From assembly GCA_036261925.1 (NCBI GenBank), contig DATAJW010000013.1, positions 22,544-86,543 of the forward strand: a stretch of DNA of 64,000 nucleotides. Reading direction: 5' to 3'. The DNA comes from Minisyncoccota bacterium. Lineage in GTDB: Bacteria > Patescibacteriota > Minisyncoccia > Phycocordibacterales > Phycocordibacteraceae. The translations under genes and the position numbers were made by a program. The notes below the pieces were generated by a model, which was given only the letters and a program-made list of their open reading frames with translations, had not been told where the DNA came from and did no database searches. This document shows positions 20,139 through 29,531 of the stretch, in pieces (position 1 is the stretch's first letter; each line of letters opens with the position of its first letter).

Positions 20139-22538
20139 ATGCAAGATTCAAACGCTACTTCCGCGGCCGCGCGCCGCCTCTCGTTCGACGGAGCCGCGAC
20201 CTGGGCGCTCGTCGCCACGGGCGCCGTCGCCGCAGTCGCTTTCATACCGGTCGCGACCGTACCGTTCCTTTATACGAAGGTCTCGCTCGTCGCGCTCGGC
20301 GTCCTCGTCGCGCTCGCGCTCTACGTGCTGGCGCGCCTGACGCGCGGCAACGTCGTGCTCCCCCCGCTCGCGCTCGTCGGCAGCCTCTGGCTCGTGCCGC
20401 TCGCGTACGCGGTGTCGACGCTCTTCTCGGGCGTCGCGCCCGCGAGCGCGTTCTTCGGCCGCGAGCTTGAGACCGATACGTTCGGCTTCGTCATCGTCAT
20501 GGCGGCGCTCGCGAGCCTCACCGCGCTCGCGTTCCGCAGGACGAAGCAGTATCGCGCGTTCTTCCTCGTGCTTGGCGGCGCGATCGCCGCGGTGCTCTTG
20601 GTGCAGCTGGCCTTCGTCGCGGTCGGCCGCATCGCGCCGTCGCTCGTCTCGCCGACGACGAACCTCGTCGGCTCGTTCCCTGACGTGGGCATGCTCGCCG
20701 GGCTCGGCATCGCGCTCGCGCTCCTCGCCCTGCGTCTCCTCACCCTTCCGGACCGGCTCCGCACCCTGCTGTACGCCTTCGGCGGCATCGCGCTCCTCAT
20801 CGTCGCCCTCGTGAACTCCGCGCTCATCTGGACCATGGTCGGCCTCGTCGCGCTCGGCCTCTTCATCGAAGCCATCATGCGCCATCGCGCGGGAAGCGCG
20901 GCGGACGAGGACCTCGACGGCGTCGCGCTCATGCTCGCGGACAGCGATGGCGAGACCAAGGCTACGGAGTCGCACTCGCTCCTCGCGCCCCTCGTCACCC
21001 TCGCGCTCGCGCTCTTCTTCGTCATCGGCGGCTCGACCATCGGCAACGCGCTCGTTTCCGCCTTTGGCGCGAACGCCATCGACGTCCGCCCGTCGTGGCA
21101 GTCCACGTTCAACGTCGGTAGCCACACCTACGCGTCCTCGCCGCTCTTCGGCTCGGGACCGGGCACGTTCGGCGAACAGTGGCTCAAGTTCCGCGACCGC
21201 AGCATCAACGATACGGTCTTCTGGAACATCGACTTCACATCGGGCATCGGCAGCATCCCGACCTCGTTCATCACGACCGGCATACTCGGCGCGCTTGCAT
21301 GGCTCGGGTTCCTCGGCATGTTCATCGTCATCGGCGGCCGCACATTGCTGTTCCGCCTGCCGAAGGAGGCGTTCGCACGCTTCGTCGCCATCGCCTCGTT
21401 CGTGGGAACGCTCTACGTGCTCGCGCTCTCCGTATTCACCGTGCCCGGCCCGGTCGTCGCGACATTCGGCTTCCTGCTCGCCGGCCTCTTCATATCGTCC
21501 TTGCGGCACGCGAGCCGCTCGCAGGAATGGGGCATCGTCTTCTCGAAGAACCCGCGCATCGGCTTCGCCATCGTATTCGGCCTGACGCTCCTGCTCCTCG
21601 CGTCCATACTCGCCGCGTACGTGGTCACCGAGCGCTACCTGGCATCGATCGCGTACGCCGAAGGCGCGCAGGCGCTCGCGCAGGGCGACCTCGCGCAGGC
21701 GGATGACGCCGTCGGCCGCTCCATCGCCTTCGCGCCATCCGATCGCGCGTACCAGCTCGCGGCCGCCGTCGGCATCGCGCGCATGAACCAGGTGGCGAGC
21801 GATACCACGCTCGCGCCGGCTGACGCGCAGCAGTCCTTCCAGACCGCGCTCTCGGGCTCCATACAGGCCGCGCTTACCGCGACCAAGCTCGGGCCGAACA
21901 ACTACCAGAACTGGGCGATGCTCGGCAACGTGTACCAGACCGTCGTGCCGCTGCGCATCGAGGGCGCGTACGATAACGCGAAGACCGCGTACGACCGCGC
22001 AGTGAGCCTCAACCCGACCTCACCGGCGCTCCCGTACGTCATCGCGCAGCTCGAGATCGCGCAGGGCGATGCCGCCGCCGCGGAGGAGCAGCTCGTGAAC
22101 GCCATCAACCTGAAGCGCGACTACACGCAGGCCATCTTCCTGCTTTCGCAGCTCGCGGTGCAGCAGGGCCGCGCCGCCGAGGCGCTCCAAGCCGCCGAGG
22201 CCGCCGCGTACTTCGCGCCGAACGACCCGACCGTCCTCTTCCAGGTGGGCATACTCCGCTCGGCGAACAGCGATACGGACGGCGCCATCATCGCGCTCTC
22301 CCGCGCCGTCGAGCTGAACCCGCAGTACGCGAACGCGCGCTTCTTCCTCGGCGTCATGCGTGCCCTCAAGGGCGACTACGCTGCGGCTGCGACGGAGCTC
22401 GAAGCGGTCGCCGCGCTCTCGGAGGAGAATGCCGACGCGGTGGCCGCGGACCTCGCGGCGCTGCGCAATGGCGAGAACCCGTTCCCGCCGTCGCGCCTGG
22501 GCGCGCTCGGCATCCCGGTAACGCCGGTAACGCCGTAA
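20139..22538 (+). CDS. Multi-pass membrane protein (O-antigen ligase-like) with C-terminal TPR repeats
   Basis: More than 10 TM helices, PLFGSGPGTF loop, TPR motifs (A.SLNP, AVELNPQYANARF.LG). Confidence 0.7.
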   Translation: MQDSNATSAAARRLSFDGAATWALVATGAVAAVAFIPVATVPFLYTKVSLVALGVLVALALYVLARLTRGNVVLPPLALVGSLWLVPLAYAVSTLFSGVAPASAFFGRELETDTFGFVIVMAALASLTALAFRRTKQYRAFFLVLGGAIAAVLLVQLAFVAVGRIAPSLVSPTTNLVGSFPDVGMLAGLGIALALLALRLLTLPDRLRTLLYAFGGIALLIVALVNSALIWTMVGLVALGLFIEAIMRHRAGSAADEDLDGVALMLADSDGETKATESHSLLAPLVTLALALFFVIGGSTIGNALVSAFGANAIDVRPSWQSTFNVGSHTYASSPLFGSGPGTFGEQWLKFRDRSINDTVFWNIDFTSGIGSIPTSFITTGILGALAWLGFLGMFIVIGGRTLLFRLPKEAFARFVAIASFVGTLYVLALSVFTVPGPVVATFGFLLAGLFISSLRHASRSQEWGIVFSKNPRIGFAIVFGLTLLLLASILAAYVVTERYLASIAYAEGAQALAQGDLAQADDAVGRSIAFAPSDRAYQLAAAVGIARMNQVASDTTLAPADAQQSFQTALSGSIQAALTATKLGPNNYQNWAMLGNVYQTVVPLRIEGAYDNAKTAYDRAVSLNPTSPALPYVIAQLEIAQGDAAAAEEQLVNAINLKRDYTQAIFLLSQLAVQQGRAAEALQAAEAAAYFAPNDPTVLFQVGILRSANSDTDGAIIALSRAVELNPQYANARFFLGVMRALKGDYAAAATELEAVAALSEENADAVAADLAALRNGENPFPPSRLGALGIPVTPVTP

Positions 22539-22579
22539 TGCATCCCACGCAGGCGTTCCGCGGTTATCGCTAGGGCATC

Positions 22580-24262
22580 ATGGTGCGCACGATATTGAAA
22601 AGCCTCACGGCACCGGTACGCGGCCTGCATCAGGCCGCGTACTTGCTTGCCGGGCTCACGCTCGCGAGCCAGGTCCTCGCGCTCCTGCGCGACCGCCTGT
22701 TCGCGCACCAGTTCGGCGCGGGCCTGACGCTCGACCTGTACTACGCCGCGTTCAAGGTGCCGGACCTCGTGTTCGCGCTCGTGGCGTCGCTCGTCTCCGC
22801 GTACGTGCTCATACCCCGCATCGCGGGCGCCTCGCGCGACGAGACGAGGAACCTGCTCTCGCACACCGCATCCTTCCTGTTCATCGGCGGCGGCGTGCTC
22901 TGCCTCGGCATCGCCTGGTTCGCGCCCGCGCTCCTGTCGTTCCTGTTCCCCTCGCTCATGACCAGCGGGAGCGGACCCGAGTTCGTGGCGCTCACCCGCA
23001 TCCTGCTCATCCAGCCGATACTCCTCGGCCTCTCGGGCATCGTCACGAGCGTGACGCAGGTCAGGCGCCGGTTCGCGCTCTTCGCGCTCTCGCCGGTGCT
23101 CTACAACCTGGGCATCATCGCGGGCGCCTACTTCCTCTATCCGGTCTACGGCCTCATGGGCATCGGGTACGGCGTCATCGCGGGCGCGGTACTGCATCTC
23201 TTCATCCACCTGCCGCTCCTCGCGCGCGCGCGGGTCCTGCCGCGCCCGGTCGTCCCGAAGCTCTCCATCATCATCGGCATCGCGAAGGATTCCATACCGC
23301 GCTCGCTTGCGCTCGGGATGGGCGCCGTGAGCGCGCTCGCGCTCGCGGCGCTCGCGGCATCCTCCGGCGAAGGCAATGTCGCGGTCTATACGCTCGCGAG
23401 CAACCTCGAGGCGGTACCGCTCTCGCTCATCGGCGCGTCCTACGCAACCGCCGCGTTCCCGGTGCTCGCGGAGCACATGAACGCGAAGCGCTTCGACGGG
23501 TTCAAGGCGACCCTGTCCGCGGCGGCGCGCCACATCATCTTCTGGTCGGCGATCATCTCGGTGCTGATGCTGGTGCTGCGCGCGCACGCCGTGCGCATCA
23601 TCCTGGGCTCGGGCGCGTTCGATTGGGATGCTACCCGGCTCACCGCAGCGGTCCTCGCCATCCTCGTGCTCGGCCTCATCGCGCAAGGGCTCGTGCTGCT
23701 CTGCTCGCGCGCGTTCTATGCGGCAGGGAAGTCCTGGAACCCGCTCCTCATCCAGGCGGCGGGCGCCATGCTCTCGGTCCTTGCTGCGGCGGGCCTCCTG
23801 CACCTCATCTCGGCATTGCCGGCGGTCAGGTATTTCATGGAAGCCTTGCTGCGCGTCGAGGACGTGCCGGGCACCGGCGTACTCGCGATCGCCATCGGCG
23901 CCGCGTTCGGCCAACTCGTCATGGCCGTCATCGCGCTCGTTACCTTGCGCGACGTGGCGGAGGGCGTCGCTCGCTCGCTCGCTCGCTCGCTCTGCGAAGG
24001 CCTCGGCGCCGCGATACTTGGCGGCGCGGCAGCGTACGGCGTGCTCTCCTTCACCGGCTCCATCGCGCCCCTGACCACGCTCCTCATCGTCTTTGCGGAG
24101 GCCGCCTTAGCTGGTATCGTGGGCTTACTCGTCGCTGGGGCGGTCCTCGCACTCCTTGAGAACCGGGAATTCCGGGACCTCATCGAGACCTTGAAGAAGC
24201 TCACTTCCACCAAGGCGCTGAAGCCCCACGGCCAAGTCCTCAATGACCGACCGGATACGTAA
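22580..24262 (+). CDS. murJ: Lipid II flippase MurJ (MviN)
   Basis: LALLRDRLFA..FGAG..LD.YYAAF.VPD; P..YNLGII; RAFYA. Confidence 0.88.
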   Translation: MVRTILKSLTAPVRGLHQAAYLLAGLTLASQVLALLRDRLFAHQFGAGLTLDLYYAAFKVPDLVFALVASLVSAYVLIPRIAGASRDETRNLLSHTASFLFIGGGVLCLGIAWFAPALLSFLFPSLMTSGSGPEFVALTRILLIQPILLGLSGIVTSVTQVRRRFALFALSPVLYNLGIIAGAYFLYPVYGLMGIGYGVIAGAVLHLFIHLPLLARARVLPRPVVPKLSIIIGIAKDSIPRSLALGMGAVSALALAALAASSGEGNVAVYTLASNLEAVPLSLIGASYATAAFPVLAEHMNAKRFDGFKATLSAAARHIIFWSAIISVLMLVLRAHAVRIILGSGAFDWDATRLTAAVLAILVLGLIAQGLVLLCSRAFYAAGKSWNPLLIQAAGAMLSVLAAAGLLHLISALPAVRYFMEALLRVEDVPGTGVLAIAIGAAFGQLVMAVIALVTLRDVAEGVARSLARSLCEGLGAAILGGAAAYGVLSFTGSIAPLTTLLIVFAEAALAGIVGLLVAGAVLALLENREFRDLIETLKKLTSTKALKPHGQVLNDRPDT

Positions 24263-26036
24263 TTTCTCGATCATCGCGCACATCGATCATGGAATGTCGA
24301 CCCTCGCGGACCGGCTTCTTGAGCGTACCGGCACCATAGAAGCCCGGAAGATGCGCGACCAGGTGCTCGACAAGATGGATCTCGAGCGGGAGCGCGGCAT
24401 TACCATCAAGATGCAGCCTGCCCGCATGAAGCATGTCGGCTCGGACGGGCAGGAGTACATCCTGAATCTGATCGATACCCCGGGGCACATCGACTTCGCA
24501 TACGAGGTATCGCGCGCGCTCTCGGCGGTCGAGGGGGTCATCCTCCTCGTCGACTCCACGCAGGGCATACAAGCGCAGACGCTGACCACCCTCGATATGG
24601 CGAAGAAGGCTGGCTGCGTCATCATTCCCGTCATCTCGAAGATCGACGCGCCGGCCGCGCGTCCGGATGATGTCTCGCTCGAGCTCGCCGAGCTGCTTTC
24701 CATAGATCCGGATACCGTTCTTGCGGTCTCCGGCCGTACCGGCGCGGGCGTTACCGAGCTCCTCGAGGCTATCGTCTCGCGCATACCGGCGCCGAGGGTG
24801 GGCGAGGGCAATCCGCGCGCGCTCATCTTCGACTTCTCGTACTCGACGCACCGCGGCATCACGGTCTTCGCGCGCGTCTTCGACGGGGAATTCAAGAAGG
24901 GCGACGTGCTGCGCTTCGCGGCGGCGGGCGAGCGCTTCACCGCGCTCGAGACCGGCATCTTCATGCCGGACGAGCTTCCGACCGAGAAGCTCACGGCCGG
25001 CGAGATCGGCTACCTCGTGACGGGCGTGAAGAAGGCGGGCGTCGTCAATGTGGGCGACACGGTCATCCCGAACGCGGGCTCCACCGAGGGACTCGAAGGC
25101 TTCGAGAAGCCGCGTCCGGTGGTCTGGGCCTCGGTGTACCCGGAGAGCCAGGACGACCTGACCGAGCTGCGGCAGTCGCTCGAGCGCCTGCGCCTCTCCG
25201 ACTCCTCGCTCTCGTTCGAGGAGGAATCCTCCGGCATGCTCGGCCGCGGATTCCGCTGCGGTTTCCTCGGCATGCTCCATCTCGAGATCATCGTCGAGCG
25301 GCTGAAGCGCGAGTTCGACCTCGAGCTCGTCGTGACCATCCCGACCATCGCGTACACCGTGACCGACAAGCGCGGCAAGAAGGAGGTCATCTATACGCCG
25401 TCCAAGTTCCCCGCCTATGGCGAGACCGACGCCATCGAGGAGCCGTGGGTGAAGGTCGTCCTCATGACGCCGTCCGAGACGCTCTCGAGCATGCTCCAAC
25501 TCTTCCAGGACCATGAGGGCGCCGTGCTCTCGACCGAGACGCATGCCGATGGCCGCATCGAGCTCAAAGTGGAGATGCCGCTGCGCGAGCTTATGCGGGG
25601 GTTCTTCGACAAGGTGAAGAATGCTTCCTCCGGCTATGCGTCGCTCTCGTACGAGCTCATGGACGAGCGCGCCGCTGACGTGGTGAAGCTCGAGATATTC
25701 GTCGCGGAGGAGCCGGTGCCGGCGTTCGCGCGCGTCGTCTCCCGCCGCCGCGTGGAGGAGGAAGGCGAGCGCATGGTGCAGAAGCTCCATGAGATACTCC
25801 CGCGCCAGCAGTTCGTTACGAAGATACAGGCGCACGCGCTCGGCCGCATCGTCGCGTCGCGCTCCATCTCCGCGTTCCGCAAGGACGTCACCGGGTATCT
25901 CTACGGCGGCGATATCACGCGCAAGATGAAGCTCTTGGAGAAGCAGAAGAAGGGGAAGAAGCGGCGGGGCGTCCACGCAAAAATGGACATCCCACAAGAT
26001 GTCTTCATGAAAATGGTCCAGGAAAGCGAGCGATAG
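24243..26036 (+). CDS. lepA: Translation elongation factor 4 (P-loop Lys read as Met)
   Basis: IRNFSIIAHIDHG, LERERGITIK, DTPGH, GFRCGFLG.LH, KDVT..LYGGDITRK.KLLEKQKKGK. Confidence 0.95.
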   Translation: MTDRIRNFSIIAHIDHGMSTLADRLLERTGTIEARKMRDQVLDKMDLERERGITIKMQPARMKHVGSDGQEYILNLIDTPGHIDFAYEVSRALSAVEGVILLVDSTQGIQAQTLTTLDMAKKAGCVIIPVISKIDAPAARPDDVSLELAELLSIDPDTVLAVSGRTGAGVTELLEAIVSRIPAPRVGEGNPRALIFDFSYSTHRGITVFARVFDGEFKKGDVLRFAAAGERFTALETGIFMPDELPTEKLTAGEIGYLVTGVKKAGVVNVGDTVIPNAGSTEGLEGFEKPRPVVWASVYPESQDDLTELRQSLERLRLSDSSLSFEEESSGMLGRGFRCGFLGMLHLEIIVERLKREFDLELVVTIPTIAYTVTDKRGKKEVIYTPSKFPAYGETDAIEEPWVKVVLMTPSETLSSMLQLFQDHEGAVLSTETHADGRIELKVEMPLRELMRGFFDKVKNASSGYASLSYELMDERAADVVKLEIFVAEEPVPAFARVVSRRRVEEEGERMVQKLHEILPRQQFVTKIQAHALGRIVASRSISAFRKDVTGYLYGGDITRKMKLLEKQKKGKKRRGVHAKMDIPQDVFMKMVQESER

Positions 26037-26044
26037 AGACCACT

Positions 26045-26152
26045 CGATAAGGTCGAATCTACATCGTTACGGGTCCCAGTTCCTCTCTACGTCGTACTTC
26101 TAGTACGCCTTCGTTCGTCGCTTCCCGCGCCGCGCATCTGGCCCCCTTTCTC
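26045..26152 (+). repeat. Structured repeat family B copy 2
   Basis: ATCTACATCGTTACGGGTCCC...CGTACTTCTAGTACG...TTCCCGCGCCGCGCATCTGG, just after the lepA stop. Confidence 0.65.
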
Positions 26153-26215
26153 GCCCTGACTGATCCCGCTTCGTGTGGGTCGAAGGTTCGTTAGGGGTAG
26201 CGGTATACTGGAGGA

Positions 26216-26575
26216 ATGCCCCGTCGGCCGACCAAGAAGCGGATGAAGGAGTACGTCATAGCGGCGGCGCTCTCGCTGGCCGTCATATGGCTCCTCTGGC
26301 TCATCTGGGGCATCGCCCGGAAGGAGGAAATCGCCCGTCAGGCGGTCAAGAATACCCAGATAGAGCTTGCCGAGCTCAAGGACCGGAAAGCCGTCCTGGA
26401 GGCGAATATGGCCGAATTAGCGACCGATAGGGGTCAGGAGGCGACCCTCCGGCAGACCTATAACGTAGCCCTCCCGGGCGAGGAGGTAGTCATCGTGGTG
26501 CCGCCGAAGAAGGAGCCGGAGCCGGTGGTACTTCCGTGGTATAAAAAAGTCCTCGGATTCTTCGGCTTCTGGTAA
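26216..26575 (+). CDS. Septum formation initiator-like protein (FtsB/DivIC-like)
   Basis: TM, then coiled coil, then G.E..LR..YNV..PGE.VVIVV. Confidence 0.7.
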   Translation: MPRRPTKKRMKEYVIAAALSLAVIWLLWLIWGIARKEEIARQAVKNTQIELAELKDRKAVLEANMAELATDRGQEATLRQTYNVALPGEEVVIVVPPKKEPEPVVLPWYKKVLGFFGFW

Positions 26576-26578
26576 GTC

Positions 26579-26697
26579 GGCTTCCTAAAAGGTCCATCTG
26601 CTTTGTTGCGGGTCCCACTGATTCCTCTCACCGTATGCTTGATACGTTTCGAGGAATCAGTTTCCCGCGCCTCGCATCTGGATCCTTTTAGAAAGCC
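26579..26697 (+). repeat. Structured repeat family B copy 3
   Basis: ATCTGCTTTGTTGCGGGTCCC ACTGATTCCTC..CGTATGCTTGATACG..GAGGAATCAGT TTCCCGCGCCTCGCATCTGG. Confidence 0.7.
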
Positions 26698-26709
26698 TCC
26701 GAAATACAA

Positions 26710-26780
26710 GCGGAATTAGTTCAGTGGCAGAACGAGTGCTTCCCAAGCACTAGGCACGGGTTCGATTCCCGTATTCCGCA
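26710..26780 (+). tRNA. tRNA-Gly(CCC)
   Basis: GCGGAAT/ATTCCGC, AGTGC-TT-CCC-AA-GCACT, GTTCGATTC. Confidence 0.95.
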
Positions 26781-26824
26781 CCCGTCAAAATGGTATACTG
26801 TCGCCATAACCCACAATCGAACGT

Positions 26825-27097
26825 ATGGACACTCCCGTCACCATTTACACCACCCCGACCTGCCACTTCTGCCAGATGAGCAAGGAGTACTTCAAGGCGC
26901 ACGACGTCGCGTACACCGAGCATAATGTCGCGGCGGACCTCGAGAAGCGCCAGGAGATGATAGACAAGAGCGGCCAGATGGGCGTGCCGGTCATATTCAT
27001 CGGTGAGGAGATGATCATCGGCTTCGACAAGAAGCGCTTCGACGAGCTTCTCGGTACCGGCGGAGCGCCAGCGGCAGAAGAAGCCCCAGCAGCCTAG
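26825..27097 (+). CDS. Glutaredoxin-like protein (NrdH/YruB type)
   Basis: YTTPTCHFC, SGQMGVPVI, GFD. Confidence 0.9.
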   Translation: MDTPVTIYTTPTCHFCQMSKEYFKAHDVAYTEHNVAADLEKRQEMIDKSGQMGVPVIFIGEEMIIGFDKKRFDELLGTGGAPAAEEAPAA

Positions 27098-27241
27098 CAA
27101 AGAAACAAAACCCCGCGGCTGAATGCCGCGGGGTTTTGTGCTAGTCTCCGACATAGCTCTCGTATGCTCTGCATGCAACCATACGAAAGCTCGTTCGGCG
27201 CATATCGATATAGCCTAGATATGTTGATATGATTTCACTTC

Positions 27242-27313
27242 GCTCTCGTAGTTCAATGGATAGAATAGAGGTTTCCTAAACCTTCGATTCAGGTTCGACT
27301 CCTGACGAGAGCA
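27242..27313 (+). tRNA. tRNA-Arg(CCT)
   Basis: GCTCTCG/CGAGAGC, GAGGT-TT-CCT-AA-ACCTT, GTTCGACTC. Confidence 0.95.
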
Positions 27314-27376
27314 CAAAACGATTGACAATAGCCTCATTTATTGTTTGCATGCTTATGGCATGCACAGGAGGGTCGA

Positions 27377-27634
27377 ATGACCAAGCGGGACTCGAATCAT
27401 CTCGGTCCAAGAACGACAGAGGCATTTGAGGAGCGGGCCGCCGAGGCCAAGAGCCTGATCGAGAGACGGGCCGAACGAGCGAGGGAATTCAAGCTCAAGG
27501 ATCCGGTCGTCCATGAAGTGGATGGCGAACGCAAACCCGGCGTCGTTATCGGCTTCGGATCGGCCGGCCGGGTCTTGGTGAGATTCCGGGTCGGACGGGA
27601 ACAATGGTGCGACCCGCTCAATCTGAAGAAGTGA
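27377..27634 (+). CDS. Orphan protein, possible C-terminal SH3/KOW-like barrel
   Basis: AGGAGG SD and TTGACA upstream; FKLKDPV.H....GVVIG....VLVRF pattern. Confidence 0.6.
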   Translation: MTKRDSNHLGPRTTEAFEERAAEAKSLIERRAERAREFKLKDPVVHEVDGERKPGVVIGFGSAGRVLVRFRVGREQWCDPLNLKK

Positions 27635-27727
27635 CCTTCTGATCAGCGGCCGCTGATCAGAAGGTCACAAGACTTGAAGGACGTGGCGAAAGCCGCGTCC
27701 TTTTCGTAATGGTAGACTTGGGGGCAT

Positions 27728-28036
27728 ATGAACGAAGAGATGGCCGAGCTGAAGGACTTGCTCGAGGAGAACCTGGAAGTCGCGAAGGACAATAATCGCC
27801 TGCTGAAGCTGATACGCCGCGATGCGACCCTCGGCCTCATCGCGAAGGTCGTCCTGTGGCTCGTGCTCCTTGGCGTACCGCTCCTGTTCCTGGGCTCGTA
27901 CCTGGGTCCGCTCCTCGAATCCATGGCCCGGACGCCCGGCGCGACGCCGGCAGGCGTCGGGATATTCGGCCTCCCGTCGCCGGAGCAGGCCCAGGAATTG
28001 CTCGAGGAATACAAGTCGCTCTACGAGGTTCAGTAG
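27728..28036 (+). CDS. Hypothetical single-pass membrane protein
   Basis: Coiled coil ELKDLLEENLEV.KDNN.LL plus TM; codon usage like the core genes. Confidence 0.7.
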   Translation: MNEEMAELKDLLEENLEVAKDNNRLLKLIRRDATLGLIAKVVLWLVLLGVPLLFLGSYLGPLLESMARTPGATPAGVGIFGLPSPEQAQELLEEYKSLYEVQ

Positions 28037-28076
28037 AGCGTGAAAACCGCCATCCGGTGTGCTAGGATGGCGAAGA

Positions 28077-28259
28077 CGCTTGGGTAAGAAGCTTGCTACG
28101 CAACTTCTTTCCGGGCGCTCGCTCGGCGAGCAAGAATATACCTTCGGGCGCATTCTTGTTGCCTCGCTTGGGTAAGAAGCTTGCTACGCAACTTCTTTCC
28201 CTACGCTCGTTCGACAAATGAGAATATGCCCTTCCGGGCGCATTCTCATCGTCTCACTC
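28077..28259 (+). repeat. Two tandem units (about 88-94 nt) each beginning with the tRNA-Phe 5' end
   Basis: Exact 36-nt direct repeat CGCTTGGGTAAGAAGCTTGCTACGCAACTTCTTTCC at 28077 and 28165; GCTTGGGTA recurs at 28260. Confidence 0.85.
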
Positions 28260-28332
28260 GCTTGGGTAGCTCAGTTGGTAGAGCACTCCCCTGAAGAGGG
28301 AGGGGTCACCGGTTCGACCCCGGTCCCAAGCA
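28260..28332 (+). tRNA. tRNA-Phe(GAA)
   Basis: GCTTGGG/CCCAAGC, CTCCC-CT-GAA-GA-GGGAG, GTTCGACCC. Confidence 0.95.
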
Positions 28333-28354
28333 CTAAAGGGTTTATAGTAGAGGC

Positions 28355-29434
28355 ATGAACCGCCTCCTCGCCTGGGCGCAGAAGAACGAACGGCGCCTGG
28401 GCGGCGTGCTGTTCCTCGGCGGCTTCGTGACGGACCTCCTCACGTTCACGCTCCTCGAGGTCTCGTACGTGAACCTGTTCTTCATCGCGTACCTCGCGCT
28501 CGCGAGCGTCTGCGTCTTCGGCTCGCATCTCCTGTTCGCGCGCAAGCGCGAGGGGCAGTCGAAGCTCGAGCGGGCGCTCGCGGTCCTGTTCTCCCTCGGC
28601 TCGCAGTACGCCATCGGCGGCATCCTCTCGGGCTGCCTCATCTTCTATACGAAGAGCGCGGTGCTCTCGGTATCCTGGCCGTTCATCGTCCTGCTCGCGC
28701 TCGTATTCATCGGGAACGAATACTTCAGGAAATATCGCGAGCACCTGATATTCCAGACGGTGCTCCTCTATTTCGCGCTCTACGCGTACGCGATATTCGC
28801 GCTCCCTATCTACCTGCATGCGCTCGGCCCGTGGATATTCGCCGCGAGCACTGCCGCATCGCTCGCGGTGTTCGCGGCATTCCTCTTCCTGCTCAAGCAG
28901 GCTTCTGCGTCGCGCCTCCGGCAGAGCCTGAAGCCGATACTCCTCTCGGTCGCCAGCATGACCGTCGCCATAGTCGGCGCGTACGCGACGGCCGCGATAC
29001 CGCCGATACCGCTCACCTTGCCGGAAAGCGGCATGTACCACGGGCTCGTCCGCAGCGGCGGCGACTACGTGGTCCTCGCGGAAGAGGCGAAGCCCTGGTG
29101 GGATCCGCGCCCGCAGACGCTGCACCTGACCGAAGGCGGCACCGCGTACGCATACGCGTCGGTGTTCGCGCCGACCCGATTCTCCGCGTCGGTCGTCCAC
29201 CACTGGGAGCGGTACGATGCGGCTGCCGGGAAATGGGTGAACGAGGGCCGGATATCGTTCGGCATAGCGGGCGGCCGCGATGGCGGGTACCGCGGCTACT
29301 CGGAGCGTTCCGGGCTCTCGCCCGGGAAGTGGCGCGTCTCGGTGGAGACGCCTGCGGGCCAGACCATAGGGCGGATACCGTTCGTCGTCGAGCGGGTGAT
29401 GGTGCAGCCAGCGCTCCATGAAGAGACGCATTAG
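28355..29434 (+). CDS. Membrane protein with C-terminal DUF2914-like domain
   Basis: Multiple TM helices; SVFAP, HHW, GGRDGGYRGYS, PGKWRVSVET..GQ.IGR. Confidence 0.8.
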   Translation: MNRLLAWAQKNERRLGGVLFLGGFVTDLLTFTLLEVSYVNLFFIAYLALASVCVFGSHLLFARKREGQSKLERALAVLFSLGSQYAIGGILSGCLIFYTKSAVLSVSWPFIVLLALVFIGNEYFRKYREHLIFQTVLLYFALYAYAIFALPIYLHALGPWIFAASTAASLAVFAAFLFLLKQASASRLRQSLKPILLSVASMTVAIVGAYATAAIPPIPLTLPESGMYHGLVRSGGDYVVLAEEAKPWWDPRPQTLHLTEGGTAYAYASVFAPTRFSASVVHHWERYDAAAGKWVNEGRISFGIAGGRDGGYRGYSERSGLSPGKWRVSVETPAGQTIGRIPFVVERVMVQPALHEETH

Positions 29435-29439
29435 TGCGT

Positions 29440-29531
29440 TAGCCACTCGCCATTAGTACTTAGGGAAGAAGGCCCTGGAACTTCGTTCCAGGGCCTATCC
29501 TACTAACTGCCTAACCCCTAGTGGCTAAAAA
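29440..29531. repeat. TAGCCACTAG-family element (empty copy) with central hairpin between convergent genes
   Basis: TAGCCACTCG...TTAGGGAA...AGGCCCTGGAA-CTTCG-TTCCAGGGCCT...TCCTACTAACTGCC...CTAGTGGCTA. Confidence 0.7.

Noticed and set aside
28077-28259. CRISPR array interpretation of the 36-nt direct repeat
   Set aside because: There are only two full repeats, the spacers are homologous to each other, the repeat begins with tRNA sequence, and no cas genes are in the window.
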